Below are positions 18,618 to 26,100 of a stretch of DNA of 64,000 bases, in pieces. The stretch comes from an uncultured Clostridia bacterium (GTDB taxonomy: Bacteria > Bacillota > Clostridia > Christensenellales > UBA1242). The stretch is taken from contig CALWEJ010000002.1 in the NCBI GenBank assembly GCA_944377165.1, forward strand, positions 69,764 through 133,763. Direction: 5' to 3'. Position 1 is the first letter of the stretch. Each line of letters starts with the position of its first letter. Both the position numbers and the translations under genes were made by a program. Below the pieces are notes generated by a model, which had not been told where the DNA came from, made no database searches, and saw only the letters and a list, made by a program, of their open reading frames with translations.

Positions 18618-18939
18618 CTTTCACACCTCCATTAGATTTTATTGAGCAATACTTGGGATAATTTTCTCCATCGCTATATACCAATACCATTACATCACAT
18701 TGAATACAGCAATACATAAGAACATGAAAAATACCATTTTCATCAATAAACATGTCTTCTTGATACTTAGCAATATTGGGCTCATCTTCTAGTAACCTTT
18801 CACGAAAAGGTATAAACTCTCGCCTTGAAAGATAAACAACCCGCTCAACCACATATTCAGCTTCAAAGCCTTCGCCTTTATCAATTCTATTTCTAAGCAA
18901 TCTGGCATTAGAAACATTACATATAAATCGTGTCTTCAT
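18574..18939 (-). CDS. hypothetical 121-aa protein
   Basis: RBS GAGGT ahead of the ATG. Cys pair MYCCIQCD. No family recognised. Confidence 0.5.
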   Translation of the reverse strand: MKTRFICNVSNARLLRNRIDKGEGFEAEYVVERVVYLSRREFIPFRERLLEDEPNIAKYQEDMFIDENGIFHVLMYCCIQCDVMVLVYSDGENYPKYCSIKSNGGVKVEPRFTTSQRYSRN

Positions 18940-18943
18940 ATCA

Positions 18944-19177
18944 TTACCTCAACTTAAACACATCTTTGCAGATTTTGTGAGTATGCTTGATATATTCTTC
19001 TGTTTGCATTTTAATTATATCTTCGACTTCTACCCAAAACTCTAAAAACTTAATACATTGCTCATCAGTTAAACCAGAAACAAAATTCATCTTCTTTTCA
19101 GCAACTTTTTCTTTTTGAGTTTTAAGTTCTCCAGAACTTATAAAAGACTTATTTACTAAATTAATTAGTTGTTTCAT
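18944..19177 (-). CDS. small hypothetical protein, paralog of 18378-18617
   Basis: ATG at 19177 is preceded by AAGGAGG. The track start at 19183 is a GTG inside the spacer. 77 aa, predicted helical. Confidence 0.5.
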   Translation of the reverse strand: MKQLINLVNKSFISSGELKTQKEKVAEKKMNFVSGLTDEQCIKFLEFWVEVEDIIKMQTEEYIKHTHKICKDVFKLR

Positions 19178-19238
19178 AAACACCTCCTTATAGGTGTTTG
19201 TCTTTTACCGTACTTTCAACTCTTTTGCAAGTCAATTC

Positions 19239-19345
19239 AAAAAAAATGTCACTAAAACTAGCAAAACTGCAAAAAATGTGCAATAACACCTTAAAAAGAT
19301 GTAAAAAATGTGTAAAATATACCAAGAAAAAGTGTAAAAAATGTG
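19239..19345. promoter_or_regulatory. four phased AAAAAATGT(G) direct repeats in a divergent promoter region
   Basis: The ATGT cores lie at 19246, 19276, 19308 and 19341, giving spacings of 30, 32 and 33 bp (about 3 helical turns). The last three copies are G(C/T)AAAAAATGTG. Confidence 0.5.
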
Positions 19346-19488
19346 GTTTCATCACATATCCCTCACATTTACAATTTAAAAAGCACCCTAGTAATTATTA
19401 TAAATAATCTAAAATATTTAATAAATTTTGTTAAATAAGCAGCTTTTTAGAAAAGTTTATGTTATAATACTCACATAGGAGAAATTTC

Positions 19489-20613
19489 ATGAAATTAGAA
19501 ATAAAACAACAAGACATAATACCTTATGTTTATTTTGTTAGTAGCATGGCTCAGCAATCAAAATCTGGAATGTTTGGATCTTTAAGTTCAAAAAGCGATC
19601 TTGTAGGTGGAATTTTTGATAGATGGATAAATATTATTCCAGAAAGTATAGTGTTTAATCAATATTTCTTACCTGAAGCAGTAAAAAAATTAAATATGAA
19701 TAAAAAAGTAAGAGTTTTTTCTGATTTCTATATGTATGATCCAAAAGTTGTAGGTATTGCACCAGATGTAATTGGTTTGCAAATTGAAAACAAAATTGTT
19801 CCTTTTGTTAAATACGATGACACAAAAGAAGATACAAAGTTTTGGGTTCCTCAAACAGAATGTCCTCAAATAGAAGTTAAGTCTTTTTTTGGTAAAAAGT
19901 ATATGGTTAGTTTAAGAGATCAACATTATGGAGATAAGTTCCTAGTAATGGTTGGAGCAAACATTGATGTTGACTACTTGCTTTCTTTCTTTGATAAAAA
20001 TATATTTACTGAAAATGAAATAAGTAAATTGACGATGCCTAATGACTTTATTGAGTCTGATAATAAAGGCTTAATTTCTAAAACAAAGCAAGTTGAATTT
20101 AACAGATGTAGTTTGGGTAGTCTGGAGCTACTTTGTGTCACAAAAGCTTCTCAATTTAGAAATATGGCACTAAAACTTAATGCAGGAGAAATTCCAAGAT
20201 ATTTCGTTGATGTAACGCAAAGAAAAGTTAAAGTAAAAGAAAGTAATTACAGTCCAAACTCTTTATTGAGTGATTATTGTGATAAACAAGAAAGTGGACT
20301 ATACAGATTTAATGACAACTGGTATTCGTTATTTACAACGCCTAAGGAAAAAACATTAGACATTGAAATTGGAGGTCCTAATGCATTAAGAGTTATAAAA
20401 AAGACCACTAATTCTATAACCGTATTAGCCGAAAGCGATACCTTCGTTAATGACTACAACCTACAAAAAGGAAATCAATATAATATAAACTTTGGAACTT
20501 TTGGTTCAATTGCAGGTGAAGAATATTTCATTAATAAAGGATTATTAAAGTATTTGCCTAATATGGAAAGCAATCTAATCGAATCATTAAGTCAGATTAT
20601 AAGGAAAAACTAA
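19489..20613 (+). CDS. putative type II restriction endonuclease (or REase subunit) 1
   Basis: RBS AGGAGA. PD-(D/E)xK-like APDVIGLQ...PQIEVKSFF. First gene of a tightly packed R-R-M-M operon. No family recognised. Confidence 0.4.
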   Translation: MKLEIKQQDIIPYVYFVSSMAQQSKSGMFGSLSSKSDLVGGIFDRWINIIPESIVFNQYFLPEAVKKLNMNKKVRVFSDFYMYDPKVVGIAPDVIGLQIENKIVPFVKYDDTKEDTKFWVPQTECPQIEVKSFFGKKYMVSLRDQHYGDKFLVMVGANIDVDYLLSFFDKNIFTENEISKLTMPNDFIESDNKGLISKTKQVEFNRCSLGSLELLCVTKASQFRNMALKLNAGEIPRYFVDVTQRKVKVKESNYSPNSLLSDYCDKQESGLYRFNDNWYSLFTTPKEKTLDIEIGGPNALRVIKKTTNSITVLAESDTFVNDYNLQKGNQYNINFGTFGSIAGEEYFINKGLLKYLPNMESNLIESLSQIIRKN

Positions 20614-20626
20614 GGAGAATATACAA

Positions 20627-21229
20627 ATGAAAATATCAAGAGAGATTTTACATTTACCCGAAGGAGATAAAAGGGCTGATGTAACAATATTTGATCAGAG
20701 AGATAATGATGAATTGAAAAAAATCTATGATGGTTGGAGATTGTTATGTGATAACTTAAATAAACTAAATGCAAGATCAGTAAATCTCCCAGAAGGACTA
20801 TCTGAAATTGGTTTTGCAATGGCTAAAAATATGTGGAGATGTACCAGCTCAATAACTGGTGCTAACTCTTCTTTTGATTGTTATGATCCTAACGGTTCTA
20901 GAGGCAACAATAGAATACAAGTAAAAGCTTGTAGTGTTCTTCCAGATTTAACTAGTTTCGGACCTCACTCGCAATGGGATAGAATATTTTTTGTTGATTT
21001 TTATAGAGAAGGAAACTGGGATAGAACTTTTGATGTATACGAAATTGCTACAAGCGATATAGAAAACTTCCCTGTAAATGCAAACCAGACAGTTGCGGAT
21101 CAAAAAGCACAAGGAAGAAGACCTCGTTTCAGTATTTATTCTGGATTAATTGAAACTGGAAGATTTATATCTAAAGAAACCTATTGCATAACAGACAATG
21201 GTGTTAAATTAATTAATAAAACAAAATAA
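20627..21229 (+). CDS. putative small type II restriction endonuclease (or REase subunit) 2
   Basis: RBS AAGGAG. FDCYDP...NRIQVKACS...LTSFGP is a PD-(D/E/Q)xK-like pattern, reminiscent (from memory only) of small Bsp6I-like enzymes. Confidence 0.45.
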   Translation: MKISREILHLPEGDKRADVTIFDQRDNDELKKIYDGWRLLCDNLNKLNARSVNLPEGLSEIGFAMAKNMWRCTSSITGANSSFDCYDPNGSRGNNRIQVKACSVLPDLTSFGPHSQWDRIFFVDFYREGNWDRTFDVYEIATSDIENFPVNANQTVADQKAQGRRPRFSIYSGLIETGRFISKETYCITDNGVKLINKTK

Positions 21230-21289
21230 AAATTTCACTGGATATTCATTAGAATTTGTGATATTTTGTTTGCTAAAGGAGAAAATAAT

Positions 21290-22408
21290 ATGCAAAAATT
21301 TAAAGTTGGAAGCCTATTTGCAGGCGTCGGAGGAATATGTTTAGGATTTAAAAATGCAAAATTTGAAGATTATTCATATAGTCTTTCATGGGCAAACGAA
21401 ATTGATCAATACGCATGTGAAACATATAGAACAAATTTTGAGCATTCTGTATTAGAAGGAGATATTAATAAAATTCTCGATACCTCATTATGTACAGAAG
21501 ACGAAAAAGAAAGATATGAACAAATGCAAAATGAGATTTTATCAAAAGATGTTGATATTCTAACAGCAGGATTTCCTTGCCAGGCATTTAGTATAGCCGG
21601 AGAAAGAAAAGGGTTTGACGATGAAAGAGGAAACTTATTCTTAAGTATTGTAAAATTGGTTAACAAAATGAAACAAAAACCAAGAGTATTATTCTTAGAA
21701 AATGTAAAAAACCTATTATCTCATGATAAAGGGCAAACCTACAAAGTCATTAAAAGCGAAATAGAAAAACTAGGTTATCATATTAAAGAGAAAGTATTCA
21801 ACACAATGGAGATGTCCACTCTTCCACAAAATAGAGAAAGAATTTATATAATCTGTTTCAAAAACAAAGAAGATTATGATAAATTTGATTTCACAATTAT
21901 AGAAAAGAAATATAAGAAGAAATATACTTCAGAAGAACGATCTGAGCAAGTTTCAAATATCATAGATTATTCATTAAAGGCAGATAATAAATATTATTAT
22001 ACCGAGTCAAAATATCCTCATTACTTCAAGCATGAGATGGATGGCGAAGATTATGTTAATTTAAATGAGCAGATTACTGAAAGATATCAATTTTATCAAT
22101 TAAGACGTGGTCTTTATGTAAGAAAGAATAAAAGCAATGTATGTCCAACACTAACTGCAAATATGGGAACTGGTGGACATAATGTACCATTGATATACGA
22201 TGGATTTGGAATTAGAAAATTATTACCTGCTGAAACATTTAGATTGCAAGGATTCCCTGTTGGCACAGAATACAAACTTCCAATAAAATTCAAGGGGAAA
22301 AATTATCCCGACTCTATGTTATATAAACAAGCAGGAAATGCTGTATCAGTTCCTGTAATTCAATTATTAGCAACAGAAATACTAAAAGTATTCAAGGAAA
22401 ACAACTAG
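21290..22408 (+). CDS. DNA (cytosine-5)-methyltransferase 1
   Basis: ATG at 21290 after AAAGGAG. Motif I FAGVGG, IV GFPCQAFSIAG, VI ENVKNL, VIII QNRERIYII, X GNAVSVPV. Confidence 0.9.
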   Translation: MQKFKVGSLFAGVGGICLGFKNAKFEDYSYSLSWANEIDQYACETYRTNFEHSVLEGDINKILDTSLCTEDEKERYEQMQNEILSKDVDILTAGFPCQAFSIAGERKGFDDERGNLFLSIVKLVNKMKQKPRVLFLENVKNLLSHDKGQTYKVIKSEIEKLGYHIKEKVFNTMEMSTLPQNRERIYIICFKNKEDYDKFDFTIIEKKYKKKYTSEERSEQVSNIIDYSLKADNKYYYTESKYPHYFKHEMDGEDYVNLNEQITERYQFYQLRRGLYVRKNKSNVCPTLTANMGTGGHNVPLIYDGFGIRKLLPAETFRLQGFPVGTEYKLPIKFKGKNYPDSMLYKQAGNAVSVPVIQLLATEILKVFKENN

Positions 22409-23353
22409 ATGAAAGTTGCAAGTATGTTTGCGGGAATTGGTGGTATATGTTTAGGCTTTAAACAGGCTGGATTTGATATTGTTTGGGCAAATGAAGTTGA
22501 TAATGATGCATGCAAAACATATAGAAAAAATTTAGGCGATCACTATCTAATTGAAGACGATATTAGAAATATTGATCCTAAAACATTGCCAGATTTTGAT
22601 GTTCTAACCGCAGGTTTTCCTTGTCAACCATTCTCTATTGCTGGAAAGCAAAAAGGATTTAAAGATAAACGAGGAAATCTATTCTTTGAAATTGCTAAAA
22701 TAATAGATGTAAAAAGACCTAAGATTGTCTTTTTAGAAAATGTTAGAAATCTTGAAGAGCACGACAATGGTAAAACTTTTTTGGTTATATACAATACATT
22801 AGCACAGTTTGGTTACGGTGTAAGATATAAAGTCTTAAATGCTAAAGACTATGGAGTGCCACAAAACAGAGAAAGAATATTTATTATTGGTTTTTTAGAT
22901 GATTGGCAATGCAATAATTTCAAATATCCTGAGGCTATAAAATCGCCAGAGTCTATTTTTGACATAATAAGAACTTCGGACAAAAAACATCCATTTTATT
23001 ATTATGACGATAAAAGTCCATATTTTCAAATGCTAAGTAAATCTATTATTGATAAAAGCAAAATTTATAAATTAACTGACTATGGAGTAAGAAAAAGCAA
23101 AACTAGTATATGCCCCACTTTAACAGCAAATATGGGGACATTTCCAGATAGAGTCCCTATAATAAAAGATGATTTCGGCATAAGAAAACTAATGCCATCA
23201 GAATGTCTTTTACTTCAAGGCTTTCCAGACAATTTCCAGTTTCAGAAAAACATTTCAATAGAAAGTGCGTACAAGCAAGTTGGAAATTCTGTATGTGTAC
23301 CATTAATAAAATTTTTAGCAGAACAATTAAAAGTTATTATGGAGATTAAATAG
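22409..23353 (+). CDS. DNA (cytosine-5)-methyltransferase 2
   Basis: The ATG abuts the upstream stop (TAGATG). Motif I FAGIGG, IV GFPCQPFSIAG, VI ENVRNL, VIII QNRERIFIIGF, X GNSVCVPL. Confidence 0.9.
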   Translation: MKVASMFAGIGGICLGFKQAGFDIVWANEVDNDACKTYRKNLGDHYLIEDDIRNIDPKTLPDFDVLTAGFPCQPFSIAGKQKGFKDKRGNLFFEIAKIIDVKRPKIVFLENVRNLEEHDNGKTFLVIYNTLAQFGYGVRYKVLNAKDYGVPQNRERIFIIGFLDDWQCNNFKYPEAIKSPESIFDIIRTSDKKHPFYYYDDKSPYFQMLSKSIIDKSKIYKLTDYGVRKSKTSICPTLTANMGTFPDRVPIIKDDFGIRKLMPSECLLLQGFPDNFQFQKNISIESAYKQVGNSVCVPLIKFLAEQLKVIMEIK

Positions 23354-23686
23354 ATGAAAGCATTAATTATTAAAAAGCCTTGGATTGATTACATTTTAGA
23401 GGGTAAAAAAACATGGGAAATTCGTGGAAGTAATACTAATATCAGAGGTCAAATAGAGCTTATACAAAGCGGAAGTGGTTTGGTTGTAGGTTCTTGCGAG
23501 ATTATAGATTGTAAAGAATTGACTTTAGATGATTATAAAAACAATACTGATAAACACAACATTAAAAACGTTGAGGCTCTTCCCTACAAAAAGACATATG
23601 CTTGGGTTATGTTGAACGCAAAGAAATATGAAACAGCTAGAAAATATAAACATCCTAACGGTGCGATAATATGGGTAAATTTATAA
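23354..23686 (+). CDS. ASCH (PUA-like) domain protein
   Basis: 110 aa. IKKPWIDYILEGKKTWEIRG followed by beta-rich segments is typical of ASCH domains. The start abuts the MTase-2 stop (TAGATG), suggesting translational coupling. Confidence 0.55.
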   Translation: MKALIIKKPWIDYILEGKKTWEIRGSNTNIRGQIELIQSGSGLVVGSCEIIDCKELTLDDYKNNTDKHNIKNVEALPYKKTYAWVMLNAKKYETARKYKHPNGAIIWVNL

Positions 23687-24074
23687 GAACGGATAATATC
23701 TGCTCTTTTTTATAGTTTTTACCCTTTTATATACAAAACACCTGCGACACCTGCAACTCCTGCAATATAATCTTTAATAAAATAGCCTTACGATATGTTA
23801 TTTTAGTGAGTAAGTGTTTATATGTACTCACGTATTACAGGAGTCGCATATGGTTACATTAGAAATCCTCTAAAACAATTAAAAATTAATAAAAAGATTT
23901 TCTTTTTGCTAAATTGTGTCTCGATCTAAAGAAAACTTATAAAAAGGCACGAAGTGAAACAAAAGGGAACAAAATGAATACAAAAAGCGTGACCAACCCC
24001 GTATAATAGAAGTATAAAGAAAGAAATTGCCGATAAGAGAAGTTGTAAAAAACTTCTCTTTTTTTGTTGCAAAA

Positions 24075-24625
24075 TTTTTTCCGTCGTAAAAGATGTGTTG
24101 ACAGCGGGCTTTATAAACTATAAGAAAAAAACAAAAAAATTTCCCGTTGGTTCAAATGGTGAGCCAGCGGGAAATGTAAAATAACTTTATAAATTTTTAT
24201 GATCCACAAGATGTGTGTAACAACAAGTGTAAAATTTTATAAAAAATAAATCTCGTAGCACACAACGTGTGTGATGCGACTTTGTTACCATAATAAAGAA
24301 AATAATATTTCCCGCTTGACCAAGCGTTGGTAAAGCGAGCTTGATACAATTTTATAAAAAGATTTCCCGATAGGAAAAATGGTTTCCGAACGAAAGAATT
24401 AAAATAAAAAAAATTTATATTAGGAACAATGATTTCCGAGTTGAAAATGTATTATATGGCAAAGGAGATAAAAATAAAAAATTTTCCCCGATAGGACAAA
24501 TGGTGTCTTATCGAGATTGATAAAATCAAATAAAGTTATAGGTATTCCAATTATTGAAGCACCTTGCCAAATGGAATATAAACACTAAAACCAAAATTGG
24601 TTTTACCGATGGACTGCAGCCGTCG
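24075..24625 (+). repeat. array of about 10 imperfect hairpins with ~55-60-bp period and A/T-rich spacers
   Basis: Stems at 24081-24107, 24140-24174, 24253-24279, 24312-24325, 24368-24392, 24422-24437, 24489-24513, 24543-24578, 24587-24604 and 24607-24625. Recurrent ATTTCCCG and AAATGGT motifs. Confidence 0.7.
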
Positions 24626-24694
24626 TTAAAATATAGCCAAAGTTAAGACTTGATCAACCTTAATATAGGCACAAAATCTAATAAAGGAGATAAA

Positions 24695-25348
24695 ATGAGA
24701 AATTTCATATTTGAATTTGAACAAGATAAAGCATTAGAATTTGGCTTAAAATTAAACGAATTGTTATTGCTTGATTATATGTTGAAATTCTTCCATACAG
24801 ATCGAGTTAAAAGACAAAGAAAAGGAGAACGATTTTATTGTAGACTTACTTATAACAAAGTTCTAGGCGACCTACCTATCCTTAGAATAAAGGAAAGACA
24901 ATTAAGGAATATGATTATTGGTCTTGAAAAGAAAGGAATAGTTGAAAGGTTCTCTGAACTGAAAAATCAAATGTATCTATATGTGGACTTTAATAAGTTA
25001 TTTGGCAATGATTTGCCTAACGATACAAATGGACAAGCAAGTTCTTGCCCAGATGTCGGAAGCAAAGTTCCTACAATAGATAATTATGATAATAATAAAA
25101 TAAAAATAAAAATTAATAACGCGCGTGTACGAGAGTTAGATTTAGAAATTTTCAATAAAGTACTGCATGAGTTATTAAAAGAAAGAGTAAGTAAAATATC
25201 TTACGATTTATTCTTTTATGTTACCAAAGCAATTCAATTAGAAGATGATGGAATTATATTCAGGGTCAAATGGAAAGAACGTATTGAACAGGCTTTTATG
25301 GATAAATTCACATCAATAGTTGAAGAAGCTGTCTCAAAATTTATTTAA
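24695..25348 (+). CDS. winged-HTH, replication-initiator/DnaD-like protein (tentative)
   Basis: ATG at 24695 after AAAGGAG (the track TTG at 24650 is less likely). wHTH-like LTYNKVLGDLPILRIKERQLRNMIIGLEKKGIVERF. Repeat arrays lie on both sides. Confidence 0.35.
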   Translation: MRNFIFEFEQDKALEFGLKLNELLLLDYMLKFFHTDRVKRQRKGERFYCRLTYNKVLGDLPILRIKERQLRNMIIGLEKKGIVERFSELKNQMYLYVDFNKLFGNDLPNDTNGQASSCPDVGSKVPTIDNYDNNKIKIKINNARVRELDLEIFNKVLHELLKERVSKISYDLFFYVTKAIQLEDDGIIFRVKWKERIEQAFMDKFTSIVEEAVSKFI

Positions 25349-25424
25349 TACCCCCAGGGGCGGTCAAATCTCTAAGCAAAACCCTTTTATGAGCGGGACG
25401 GCAGTCACGCAAAAACTTTCGCAA

Positions 25425-25548
25425 AATCAAAAATCAAAGAAAAAATCAAAAAATGAAAAGAAAATGGCTCAAAAGAGTCTAAAAATATGGGGTTTATAGT
25501 GATTTTGATTTTGTGAGATTAATCAAAATAAATCAAATTGAAATCAAA
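25425..25548. repeat. AATCAAA iteron-like repeats directly 3' of the rep-like gene
   Basis: AATCAAA at 25425, 25432, 25444, 25521, 25531 and 25542. Inverted copies lie in GATTTTGATTTTG at 25501-25513. Confidence 0.6.
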
Positions 25549-25680
25549 AATATTCAAAATACATATTGTTCGGCAATTTTAAGTTTTGGAAAGCCGTTAA
25601 AAACGATTGTCGCAAACTTTATTTCAAAATGGATAAATTATTCAAGAAATATGGTTTCAAGCGATTTGAAAGGGTTTTTG

Positions 25681-25766
25681 CAAGGATTTGAGCATTCAAA
25701 CAAGATTACAAAGATGCAAGAATTCAAGATTACAAAATTTCAAGGATACAAAGATACAAGGATTTT
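25681..25766 (+). repeat. CAAG(G)AT(T)ACAAA direct repeats upstream of xis
   Basis: CAAGATTACAAA at 25701 and 25725, CAAGGATACAAA at 25741, and partial CAAGGATTT at 25681 and 25757. Confidence 0.6.
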
Positions 25767-25867
25767 AATTTATTTTGCTGTTTCACTGGACTTGTAAAGT
25801 TCTTTGCGGTACTTTTTGTATCGCATAGAACCTCAAGTCTGGTGTGCATCAGCACGAGAGAGGTATC

Positions 25868-26086
25868 ATGAAAAGAATTAGAACAATAACTGAAACATTA
25901 CAAATGTTAAAAAAAGAAGATCCAAACACTGGGCTTAGCGAGTTCTTAATTAGAAAACTTGCAAACAACTACAAAATTCGCTCATTTAAAACTGGAAATA
26001 AAATACTAATTGACTATGATTCACTAATGGCGTTCTTGCAAAGTCAAGATTATGACCTACCAATGGAACAAATCGTAGTTAGATAA
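25868..26086 (+). CDS. xis: excisionase-family HTH DNA-binding protein
   Basis: ATG at 25868 after GAGAGAGG. 72 aa. The pattern ...LIRKLANNYKIRSFKTGNKILIDYDSLMAFL is typical of Tn916-type Xis/MerR-like excisionases. Lies immediately upstream of int. Confidence 0.65.
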   Translation: MKRIRTITETLQMLKKEDPNTGLSEFLIRKLANNYKIRSFKTGNKILIDYDSLMAFLQSQDYDLPMEQIVVR

Positions 26087-26100
26087 AAGGAGAATTAAAT

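Noticed and set aside
19198-19407. 69-aa Lys/Cys-rich ORF (KKCxKC repeats) in the ORF track
   Set aside because: Its repetitive sequence is simply the translation of the AAAAAATGTG direct repeats in a divergent promoter region. It has no RBS and is more parsimoniously regulatory DNA.
24075-24625. Possible CRISPR array because of regular ~60-bp periodicity
   Set aside because: The repeat units are not sequence-identical (only short shared motifs). The variable parts are themselves the palindromes. No cas genes or leader are present. It is kept as an unexplained hairpin array instead.
25513-25797. 94-aa ORF between the rep-like gene and xis
   Set aside because: It starts with a non-ATG codon, has no RBS, and is composed of the AATCAAA and CAAGATTACAAA repeat families. 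It is likely non-coding origin or operator DNA.
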